This document shows, one piece after another, positions 39,826 to 54,795 of a stretch of DNA of 64,000 nt (positions within the stretch are counted from its first letter, which is position 1; each line of letters opens with the position of its first letter). The notes under the pieces are model-generated. The model was not told the DNA's origin and searched no databases. It worked only from the letters and a program-made list of their open reading frames with translations. The DNA lies in contig OX597819.1 of assembly GCA_951406725.2 (NCBI GenBank), positions 57,598,001 through 57,662,000 of the forward strand, read 5' to 3'. The stretch is from Octopus vulgaris. Lineage: Eukaryota. A program made the position numbers and the translations under genes.

Positions 39826-40493
39826 TCTATATATATAAAACTCAACTTGTGTGTCTGTGTGTGTATCTGTGTGTTTAACTTCCCGGCACATCTCCTCCTA
39901 GCCAACAAATCGAAGAACCGCCAAAAATAGGTCACTTAAAGTTTAGGCAAATGAAAATTGAACTGCGCTATTTCTGTTCCGAAATTTATCTCGCAAGTGC
40001 AAACATCGATAATGTGTTTGTTTAGGCCTTATCTCATGCATTGAATAGTGAACTTTACTCAGTCAGCTGTTTGACGTGAACTGTGTTCACCACGCATGCA
40101 AGCATGAAAAATAAAAAATCAAGATATAAAAACGAATCGCCGTTAACATTATAGAAATTCGGCAAAGAAATGAATTTTCGGGATGTAGCCTGGAGGGTTT
40201 TTTCGTATTACTATATATATATACCATCATATATATATGTAAGTATATAAGGCTATCTCTTCCTTCCGTAGAAGAAAAAATTCAAATTGGACCATCAAAA
40301 ATTATTTACAATAAAAAGGTGCCTTTTTTCTATGAAAATCCCTATTTTTACGATGTTTTGACTGCTGTGTCGCAATTTTTCGGGGTATTTCGCTTAAAGA
40401 GAATAACAAGCTACATACTGCCAAATTTTTACTTTTCAAAAATTCCAATTCTAAAGGGTCTAAACAAACTGCAACGCCGGGCGATACTGCTAG
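39826..40493 (+). mobile_element. Non-autonomous Helitron-like element
   Basis: A^TCTATATATATAAAA...GCAACGCCGGGCGATACTGCTAG^T; 3' part shared with 14326-14714. Confidence 0.8.
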
Positions 40494-40774
40494 TAGCCAA
40501 TAAAATCAACAAGCGACATTTGATAACAACCCACTAACCACGTACTCAACCACCGATCAATATATTAGAAGCAATAGATTTTGATAATCAACAATCGATC
40601 TTATGGTACTTCGTGACTTTTGTATAGTGAACATATGCTACAAAATAACAGTGTGTAACATGATTTTTGTCTTTGACGAGCAACTGTTGTTTACTACTTG
40701 CTTTTCCCTAGAAACCATGAAAAATGGCTAACATTTCCTTGGAATTATTTACATTATTTACATATGCCCACGGG

Positions 40775-40847
40775 AATATGACGTAGTGGTTAAGAGCGCG
40801 GGCTACTTACCCCAAGATTCCGAATTCGATTCCAAGCAGTGACCTGA
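40775..40847 (+). mobile_element. tRNA-like SINE head (not a functional tRNA)
   Basis: TGACGTAGTGGTTAAGAGCGCGGGCTACTTACCCCAAGATTCCGAATTCGATTCC: A and B boxes present, acceptor stem not formed. Confidence 0.6.
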
Positions 40848-40855
40848 ATAATAAC

Positions 40856-40945
<90 letters not shown>

Positions 40946-40969
40946 AAGAAGAAGAAGAAGAAGAAGAAG

Positions 40970-41575
40970 AAATGCCCTGATGCAGTACCAGGCAGATGCC
41001 CTGATGCAGTACCAGGTAAATGCCCTGATGTAGTACCAGGCAGTGGCTCTCATGGCTTCTGATCTTAACTGATTGGAAGTGTTATCATGTACATTGTTTT
41101 GTCTAGGTATAAAAGATGGGCTACAGCAAATATTCTGCTCAATACCACAGATTTGCTTGTCAGTTGTTTGACTTTAACCAGTTGAGCATGTCCCTTAGTG
41201 GCTGACGATATGTGCATCTCTGATCACGAGCAGAAGTAGTGGGGGAGCATCATAGCCATGTGTTGAGAGGGATTCTTTGGGGTTTGAATAATTCACCTCT
41301 GGAAACATGGGTGGTTCTTTCAACATCCTTAAACAACCCTTATTCGGGGACCTTTTGAGCGGGATGGGCAACTCAACCTGAAGAAAATTCTAACTGGGCC
41401 ACACCTGCAAGGTCATGTGCTGTTTATCTTGATATGAGATCACCATGTCGCGCACATATGGTTGTGATGCATGTTCCTGGTGTACCCTTATCAGACGGGT
41501 AGTCATGATGGGTATATTGGGCTTCGTATATTTTACCCCAGTGTCACTTTGATGGCATGAACTGCTCTCTCACTC
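40970..41575 (+). mobile_element. Full-length ~600-bp (AAT)n-associated non-coding element
   Basis: Four copies in the window; three 24-bp repeats at the 5' end; 3' end CTCTCTCACTC(AAT)n. Confidence 0.8.
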
Positions 41576-41614
41576 AATAATAATAATAATAATAATGATG
41601 ATGATAATAATAAC

Positions 41615-41647
<33 letters not shown>

Positions 41648-41657
41648 CATAATAATC

Positions 41658-41711
<54 letters not shown>

Positions 41712-41715
41712 GTAA

Positions 41716-41749
<34 letters not shown>

Positions 41750-41821
41750 GCTAATAATAATAATAATAATAACATTGAAAAATACCATAGGAATGAGAAC
41801 CCAGGTTCGAAATTTCCTCAA

Positions 41822-41867
41822 GACACCTGATGAAGGCTGGAGGGTATATCAGCTGAAACGTTGTGTT
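41822..41867 (+). ncRNA. Minimal hammerhead motif
   Basis: GACAC-CUGAUGA-A-GGCUG gaggguauau CAGCU-GAAAC-GUU-GUGUU. Confidence 0.65.
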
Positions 41868-42380
41868 AACAACAAACAAGGCAATCTGCATGTCTTCACA
41901 TACCACTAAAATCTAAGGAAATAATCTATTTCCTCTTTAGTGACATCAGATCTTATAAATAAGATGGAAACAACATGTTGTCGCTAAAGTGTCAAAAATT
42001 TGATAAAATTGTCCATAGAAGGGATACTCTTTTACTCTTTTACTTGTTTCAGTCATTTGACTGCGACCACGCTGGAGCACCACCTAAAAGTGTTTTCGTC
42101 AAACAAATCCACCCCACAACTTATTCTTTGTAAGCCTAGTACTTACTCTATCGGGGAGGTAAACACACCAGCATCGGTTGTGAAGCGATGTTCCTGGGTG
42201 ACAGACACAGACATAAATACACAAATATACACACATTTACATATATACTACGGGCTTCTTTCAGTTTCCCTCAACCAAATCCACTCGCAACGTTTTAGTC
42301 AGCCCGAGGTGCCGCGCAGTGGGACTATATCCCGAACCTTGTGATTGGGAAGCAAGTTTTTTTACCACACAGCCTAAACC

Positions 42381-42433
<53 letters not shown>

Positions 42434-43036
42434 CATACATACATACATATACATGCTAAATACATACATACATATATATATATTAGTAAATCCTCCCCAA
42501 AAAAACCATGGACAAGCACAATAAAGAACAACGACGGAAGGACGCGGTACATGCAGAGTATTAGCAGATCAGAGAAGGAAAGAAAGGTCATTTTACCTTT
42601 CGAGCAAAGCTCTTCGTCAGAGGGAGGAAAGTTCAAGTGTAAAGGAAGACGAAGAAAAAAATCGCCAACGATTTACATGTGGTTACATTTTTAAATATAT
42701 ACATATATACGAGGTAGTAAATTCGATTCCCGAACCGAGATGAGTGTTATGTTCTTGAGCAATACTCTTAATTCACGTCGCTCCAGTTCACTCAGCTGTA
42801 GAAATGAGCTGCGATGTCACTGGTGCCAAGCAGTATCACCTTTTGCCTTTCTCTTAGATAACATCGGTGGCTTGAAAAAGTGAGACTGGTAGGCATGGAT
42901 AACCATTGGTCTACCAATAAACAACCTTGTCTAAATTTGTGACTCAGAGAGAAACATTGAAGCTCCAACCCCCTGGGCATGCGTGAACGAAATGTTTCTT
43001 CATCTCTCTCTCCCTCTCTGATATATATATATATAT

Positions 43037-43070
<34 letters not shown>

Positions 43071-43736
43071 TGTGTGTGTCTTATTCGCTATTTATGACCG
43101 AAAAACACAAGCATAGAGTCACTGAGGTAGCTGATGGTGTTAGTCATATATATATATATATATATATACAAACATACATACATACATACATACATACATA
43201 CATACAAACATACATACTTTCATACATACATACATACATTCATACATACATGCATACTTGCATACACGCATATATATATACATATATATATATACATACA
43301 TATATATACACGCATATATATATACATACATACATTCAGACATTCATACATACATACATACATACATACATACATACATACATACATACATACATACATA
43401 CATACATACATACATACATAATGTACTGCTCCACTAAATTCTGGAATCAACAAGAAAACCTTCAATGATACCATGGACTCAGAGATAGATAGCATTTAAT
43501 ATGCACAGTATTTAAATACGCGTTGAGATTAGGACGAATACCCTTATATGCATGCAGAATTTTGAGGTTGAATGATTGATTGAAAACACGGGATACGCTA
43601 TACAAGATTACCTAATCACAACTTCTTCAGCGGCATCAAACCAATGATAACATAAATTTAAATCCTTTTGATATTAGATGATGTATATACATATGTGTGT
43701 ACATATATGTTTATATATCCATATAAATACATATAA

Positions 43737-47073
<3,337 letters not shown>

Positions 47074-47128
47074 ATATATATATATATATATATAAATATA
47101 TATATATTTATATACATGTTTATATATA

Positions 47129-47164
<36 letters not shown>

Positions 47165-47250
47165 GATATATTTATATATATGTGACCGGTGTGCATCTTT
47201 GGCGATTTTCTTTCTTAGTCTTTCCTTCGTTGGACCTTTCCTTTTTCTAT

Positions 47251-47285
47251 GTTTCTGACGAAGAGTTCCGCTCGAAACGTTAAAT
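47251..47285 (+). ncRNA. Hammerhead-like motif in a repeat (47180-47345)
   Basis: GUUU-CUGACGA-A-GAGU ucc GCUC-GAAAC-GUU-AAAU. Confidence 0.6.
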
Positions 47286-47694
47286 CCTCCTGCTTTCTTT
47301 CCTTTCCTGAGCATCCAATATCACCATATCTGTTCCACGCCCTCGTAAGTCGATCTGGTCGTATGTCGGATTTGTACTTTTCAACAGTTTTCATTCAAAC
47401 GCAACTGAAGCTTGAAAGCGACTCAGTGAGAGACAATGGCAAACGGGGGATACCTGGGTCTGAGGGAGGGAGGGAGGCCTGCGTTGTCAGATGCTGCCAT
47501 TGTTAACATACGCGCAGTTGCTAACGTCCGAAAATCGATTTTTTAGCTATATTTATTTCCTTATTTTTTTGTCATTGTATGAGTGCGGATATTCGTAAGT
47601 CGAGGAGAAGCTCTCTGTGTGTGTTTATGAGTGTATGTGTGTGTGAGTGTGAGTGTGTGTGTGTGTGTGTTTGTGTGTCTGTGTGTGTGTGTGT

Positions 47695-47773
<79 letters not shown>

Positions 47774-49319
47774 CTTTCAGTTTCCGTCAACTAAATCCAC
47801 TCAGAAGGCTTTAACCATCCCGAGGCTATAGTAACAGAAACTTACCCTAGATGCCGTGTTGTGTGATTGAACCCAGAACCATGTGTTTGGGAAGGAATTG
47901 CTTCATAAAAGAAACAGGAAACACAACTCAATACATGAAAATGCGTAATTTTTAGATTTTCCAGTAGGAAAAATGTTATAAAACAGCCTCAGGAGCCGAT
48001 ATGTTCACACACATCCGTCTGCGTATATATGTGTCTATTCCATATTATACTGATTTCTGATTCTGCTTTTCATTAATATTTGAATTTACTCAAATATCTG
48101 TGAGCTAACGTTGACAATTGTTAACACGTGGCTTATCTTACGTTAATCTATGGAAAATGCAATGTCCGTGTATGCTCAACAGACCACCAGTTACAGTTAA
48201 ATGCTTTCGATCTAATCCACTAACTAAGAACTGAAGCATAGTCGCAATATTTAGGAATAGTTAAAGGAGATGAATAGAACGACAATTTTACCAGAACTAC
48301 CACTGATTTATTCGGTTAACATCTGTAAAAGAAATTGGAATTCAAACAGGGATAAACATTCATTTTCAACTTGGTTACTCATGTCATTATATTTATCTTC
48401 GCCAAGTTTTATACAGTGTTAACATTCACGTCAATGAATGTAGATCCTTTCTAAGAGTTTTTGCATTGATTTATTTCTTGCACAACTTATATACTTTAGT
48501 TCGGATCGAATTAGTAGTGGTGTTTTATCAACCGTGCAAAGGCACCTGCTTTTCGCCATTTCACCAGAATGATACTTTGGAACATGTAATCATGACAATA
48601 TTAACGATATTGATGTATGTTGAAACTTGTCTGATGGGAAATGCCTTCTGCTTGAATACTTACCTCGGTGAATTGTTTTGTTGTTGCCATTTCAAATGAA
48701 GCATGAACATATATATTTAGACTTTACTATAATAATAATCTCCGAAATTCTATATACTTCATCGTGTTTATGGAGATCCAGCTAACTAGCTAAAGTGTTG
48801 ATGGTTCGTATTACGTTAACGATGTTGCAGTGTAGTTATGACAAAATCATTTGACATACGTTAGTCTGAACGATAGAACATTTAAATAATCAATGAATTT
48901 GCTAAAAAAAAACCAGCAATTTAATATCCCTCATCCAATAATTTATTGCGACATGTTTTGAAGAAAATCTAATATGGTCTTTCATACACAAAAGGATGAA
49001 AAAGTAACGACTGGAGCGCTAGCGGACCTGGGGCAAATGAAGACCTTCAGACGCAATGATCAATTTAGATTAAACAAAGTAAACTTAATTCCTCAACTTT
49101 GCATTAATCTTAAGATTAAAATGGTTTCAAAAAAGAACGATGCACTTCGTTCAATTAATTTATAATTATTGACTCTTTATATCAACTTAATAGGCTTAAG
49201 TATGATACTTATTACATGTTTTGAAGTTTTATGATACTACTAATGTATATCATCGTCAATTATAATACTGTAACTATATTATCCGGTTGTATACGTTTTA
49301 GAACACCCGAAAATGTAAA

Positions 49320-49806
49320 TCTAAGACACAACTAGAGACATAGGTGGATCCTCTGTTAAAATGGAATGCACTGATCCTGTGTTTATTTCAACTTCGTGAA
49401 CAATTTTCTGGATTGTTCCATGACGGTCCTCTATGATTATTCACCAAACCTCCTCTATCGGCTCCTCATTTCGGCTTGTGGGTGGCCTACCTGCACGTTT
49501 CTCACGCTCCACTGTGACGTGGCCATGTTTGCCACTCCTTGAACTAAGTGTTGCCCATGACAATATCAGGAAATGCTTACTAAATGTTCTGGACGGTTTG
49601 AGCTTGATTGCCACCAAGCTTTTGGTGAAACTTGATGTAATATCGCCTGTTCTCGATGTGTTCGATAAAAATGAAAATCCGATGAGGACGCACTACACGT
49701 GTAACACACGGAACCTAAAGCGAAAATGTTCATGCACCTGTTTTACCCATGCAGCTTTAGTTTTTGCCGGAAAATTAAAGATGATTTGCTTTTCAACGCA
49801 CCCTGT
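49320..49806 (-). pseudogene. Mariner transposon 5' end and HTH region relic
   Basis: Translates to VEREKRAGRPPTSRNEEPIEEV...EDRHGTIQKIVHEVEINTGSVHSILTED; end TA|CAGGGTGCGTTGAAAAG at ~49806. Confidence 0.7.
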
Positions 49807-49823
49807 ATATATATATATGTATA

Positions 49824-49925
<102 letters not shown>

Positions 49926-49939
49926 TATAATATATATAT

Positions 49940-49984
<45 letters not shown>

Positions 49985-50091
49985 TTAGGGAATATTATTC
50001 CAAACATACAGGGAAAAGTCAATTTAGAAATACTAAATCAAATTTCATAAAATGTAATATAGGTATATGCAAATTAGAAAATATATATATA

Positions 50092-50164
50092 TCTTACTGA
50101 AGAGCCTGCCTGAGTAAATAAATATTATTTTTATTGCTGAAAGGGGCGAAACTGCAGTCTAAGA
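50092..50164 (+). ncRNA. Type-I hammerhead ribozyme, copy 1 (predicted cleavage after C50159)
   Basis: UCUUA-CUGAAGA-GCC(38 nt)GGC-GAAA-CUGCAG-UC-UAAGA. Confidence 0.85.
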
Positions 50165-50491
50165 AGAACCGAGTTAGTAAAAGTTTTTATTTTCATTTCA
50201 CTAAATTTATCAAGCTTCTGTGTATCTAGTACATACTTCGCCTTTAATGTACTTATATATGAATAATATATGGCCTGTGCTAGAAACACCAGCGATAATA
50301 ATTAATTTTATTTTATCGCATTCTGTCTTTGTTTACATATTTCTCGATAAAGTTTGAGCGTTAGACTATATACCAGAAATCCCTAGTTTGTCGGGTACGT
50401 TCTGCGTCTGCGCAGTGATCTGATTAGTTAGAAAGAGCAAATCAGTAGACGCACATGTGTCTATCGAGGTGCGATCTCGAAATAACAGGAA

Positions 50492-50564
50492 TCTTACTGA
50501 AGAGCCTGCCTGAGTAAATAAATATTATTTTTATTGCTGAAAGGGGCGAAACTGCAGTCTAAGA
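50492..50564 (+). ncRNA. Type-I hammerhead ribozyme, copy 2 (predicted cleavage after C50559)
   Basis: Identical to copy 1, offset by exactly 400 nt. Confidence 0.85.
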
Positions 50565-50730
50565 AGAACCGAGTTAGTAAAAGTTTTTATTTTCATTTCA
50601 CTAAATTTATCAAGCTTCTGTGTATCTAGTACATACTTCGCCTTTAATGTACTTATATATGAATAATATATGGCCTGTGCTAGAAACACCAGAGATAATA
50701 ATAAATTTTATTTTATCGCCTTCTGTCTTT

Positions 50731-50781
<51 letters not shown>

Positions 50782-50851
50782 AAATTCAATTTAGAATAAC
50801 TAAAACAAATTTCACAAAATGTGATATATGTATATATAAATTAGAAAATAT

Positions 50852-50930
<79 letters not shown>

Positions 50931-51027
50931 CATACATATATATATATATACATACATATATATATATATACATACATACATATATATACATACATACATA
51001 TATATATATATACATACATACATATAT

Positions 51028-51094
<67 letters not shown>

Positions 51095-51141
51095 ATATAT
51101 ATATATATATAAATATAATATATAAATATATTATAAAATAT

Positions 51142-51173
<32 letters not shown>

Positions 51174-51174
<1 letters not shown>

Positions 51175-52642
51175 ATCTGTAAATATAATATGTGACAATT
51201 ATTCGGTAGCCATGTTAAAACTCCAAGTTTCTGATGTCGGGGCGGAAACCCACGCCGCCATCTCTGCTGTCATCGGGCCATCGAAAAAGATGCTATGAAA
51301 ATGACCGTTAAATGAAAGGGAAATTACTGTGTCATTGACCGTTATTAAGACAAAAGAGTTATTAGGATGACCGCTAAGTAATGGGGTGGGAGTAAATGTA
51401 AGGGAGTAAAAATGTTCATAGTATTCGCGTAAGCGCGCATGTCCATACATACAAATGCGCACCCGCACACCCACGTACATGCGCCTATGTGTATATACTC
51501 ATCCACCCTCACTTGATACACACGCATGCTCACCTACACATTCGCCAAAAAATATATACATAGCCGCATACACGCTCGCACAAAAAGGTTCCTACACACG
51601 TCTATATACGCATATACACAAGGAAACAGGGCTAAAGGCAAAATACAGAAAAATGTGTAAAAAGAAGTGTAAAAAAATAAGCAATACGAGTAAAACACGT
51701 CTATATACGCACATACACGCACACACACTCACGTCTATATACACACATACCCGCACACATGCACACATCCACACGCGCACACAAAATTTCCATATGCACG
51801 TCTATATATGCACATGAAAAGTGCAGGGTAGAATGTAGAATACAGAAAAATTATGTGTAAAAAAATATATGAGCAATAAAACTATAAACCAATATTGCTA
51901 TAAATGCGTAAAACAATATATAAAAAATATATATAAGAAATATAAGTAAAAAGTATAGAGATATAATAAGCTTGTATATGGACACAATATAGAAAGCAAG
52001 TCCTGTATGTAATCTCGGGGGAACCATAAACGTAACAAATATTCAGCTACATATGGACATCTTCCGAAAAGTTCAGTTGTTGAATTCAGACCTGTAGCGG
52101 GGTCTAAGTCGCTTTTCCAGATGAGCCATCTTTCCATATCACAAAAACCGCAGTTTCCACTAGTGTTGGTGTAGGGCTTACACTTGGCTAAGACCTTCCA
52201 ATGGATGTTGTAACTGACACCTTTATCTTTTAAGGACCATATATGACTTGAAAATTTGGTCGTTTCCCTTTTATCCCAGTGCCAGAAGCTCAAGGTGCAT
52301 TTATTGAACCTGAGCTTGTAATTACCCTCTGTAATGTCCACGTATTTCTTCGTCGAAACCGTATCCTTAGTGGATATAGAGTCCACGTTGGCTTCATAAA
52401 TGATGGTCTCGGACATGCAAGCTCCATTTAGCGAGCACACATTTTTTTCCCTGCATGAACAGCTGGTTTCATATTGTGGTTTTTGTGTGTTGCATGCGAT
52501 TATAATTTTAAAGTTAGTAGTTGAGATGAACCTGATATTTAACACACTGAAGAGATGCCGTCGTGGGTTTCCGCCCCGACATTCGAAACTCGGAGTTTTA
52601 TCATGGCTACCGAATAATTGTCACATATTATATATACAGATA
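51174..52642 (-). mobile_element. 5'-truncated Penelope-like element with ~92-bp inverted termini
   Basis: GIY-YIG relic 51898-52545 (CSCREKNVCSLNGACM...KKYVDITEG...RF...IWSLK...CGFC). 51174-51265 and 52551-52642 are inverted copies overlapping an HHR-like motif (CUGAAGA-GAUG..CAUUC-GAAA-CUCGGAG-UU at 52547-52597). Confidence 0.8.
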
Positions 52643-52724
52643 AATTCCTCTATTTACATAATATCGAGGTCTCTTTCATTCTTTTGTTGTCTTGCCATTT
52701 CTATCAATATACATACATACATAC

Positions 52725-52799
<75 letters not shown>

Positions 52800-54756
52800 T
52801 ATATGTGTATATTTGTATGTAGATAGATATGAAGACCAACAAGGCAGAAAGAGGGACATCTTGTGTTCAGTCTCTTTGTAAAACGGAATATGATTTCAGG
52901 AAAATTTGGCTATTATTGCTTACAGATTGAGTGGTGAATAGTTTCTTCGTTGGCTTCCTTCATACGAATATATTCATGGCTGCTGAAGTCTAAGTATTTG
53001 GAAGATGTGATAATAGACAAAGCAGACAGAAAGCCTTCAATTTCCTATTTTGTTGACATTAATTATTGGCAACACAGATAACGGTGAGTGGCAAACGCTT
53101 GACTTCACTTCTACTAGTAATTACTTGCTATATATGAATGACATTTTGGCAGAGTTATTGTGTTTACAGTCACTAAGCAAGTAGAAAAATGAAAACGTCC
53201 AGGTCTGTCCCTCGCGTAAATTCAGTGTCTATATTTAAATCACTTTTCAGTGTCCCCACTTTTAAAGTAGCAAAATAGATATTTTCAATAGTATTTGTTA
53301 CACGTTTGTAACAATGCACGAATGAATCCTCAAATTTGTAGTAAAAAGCAGGAGACACTTATCTTACAACTTTTCAGATAAAGATCGTAAAAGCGTTCTG
53401 TGAAGCCAGAAGGTTTTACTTTGACTTGCGATCAAATCATAGGACATACGGAAGAGTTTTACATTTATAATATAGTGAGATATAAATTGGTATATTGCAT
53501 ATTTGACTCTCGAATTATTGAGAGTTAAAAAGTTGCTCGTAGACAACATCTCTATTCAGTGATTAAAAAAAAAATTGAATACAAATGTGTTGGAGCGAAC
53601 TAAAAAAATATCTACCCTGCAGTTTTACAACAATATCTGAAGTGCATATGACATCCATTTTTTTTTTTTTGTAAGAAACAACTGATGAATATATAGAGTA
53701 TGATTCGGTCTTATCACACATTCTCAGGGAACTCTATTCTACTCGATTGGAAAAACTGACAGTAATCGGTGTATTCTTAAATAGAATGACTATAGTGATG
53801 CAGATAAAGAATATCAACAATATTACTGAGTATACCTCAGGGAATTGGTTGGTTGATGTTTGTGGACTTATACCTGTGCTTGTTGGCATTTTAGATTTTA
53901 GACACGATTAAAGAGAATTTTGTTTCAAGACGTACAAGAATAAAGTCAGATCACCAGTATTTTTCTTCTCACTATATTAAATATACAAGTCCCTAACCGT
54001 ATATTTATACAATATAAAGAATATTGCCCTGAGATATTTGCCCTTGGTCATATTGTTGATAAACTATAGCACAACAGTTCTATCATTTAATTTTACATAT
54101 AGACATGCTCATAATTGCAGGCTTTTATAAACTTAGTCACAATAGCGGGCTCTGTACCAAGCTGGAGCACAAATGCATGTGTGTGTTACTCAACTCTCTG
54201 ATATTAACAACAAAACGAATATGTAAGCGTAAAATAGCGCTGGACTTCTTATACCGATTATACAAATATATCCCAAATATGAAAATAGTTCCCAGTTGAA
54301 ATGTTTTGCAAAGTGCTCAATGAAGATGAAAAAATTCGGATTTACAATAATATGATTATAAGATCGCTACATGTTTGAATTTATCCATTTTCAATGAGCA
54401 CATTACAAGTGCTTTACAGGAAAAATATTCTAAGGCTACATTATATTTTTTGTTAGTGTTTTCTAAGAGAACTTCTTAACAAATTTACAAGCAGAAAGAC
54501 GATATTTGAATTCCCAACATTTCTGCTGTTTACAATATATTTATGTATAAACCCAATAATTTCTCTCTTAGAGGTTTTGTCTGTGATAATCTTTTGTCAG
54601 TGATCCATGGGGAATATTGTATACATGTGCATCCACTAGAAACATTAATCAACACAGAAGAAAAGATATAGCGAACACATATCTAGTTGCTGCAACTTAT
54701 ATAACCTGCTTTTATTATAAAGTGTTTTTTCTCTTAGGGTCAGACATAGAAACGTG

Positions 54757-54795
<39 letters not shown>

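Larger units (their letters stand above)
50091..50735 (+). mobile_element. Retrozyme-like element: two 245-bp direct repeats at 400-bp period, each starting with a hammerhead
   Basis: 50091-50335 and 50491-50735 are near-identical, with a 155-bp unique spacer; non-coding; (TA)n on both sides. Confidence 0.8.

Noticed and set aside
40775-40847. Possible tRNA gene
   Set aside because: Acceptor stem does not pair and there is no terminator; treated as a SINE head, like the other tRNA-like stretches.
43515-43635. Minus-strand CUGAAGA followed by a 12-bp stem
   Set aside because: GAAA and stem I pairing are absent, so it cannot be called.
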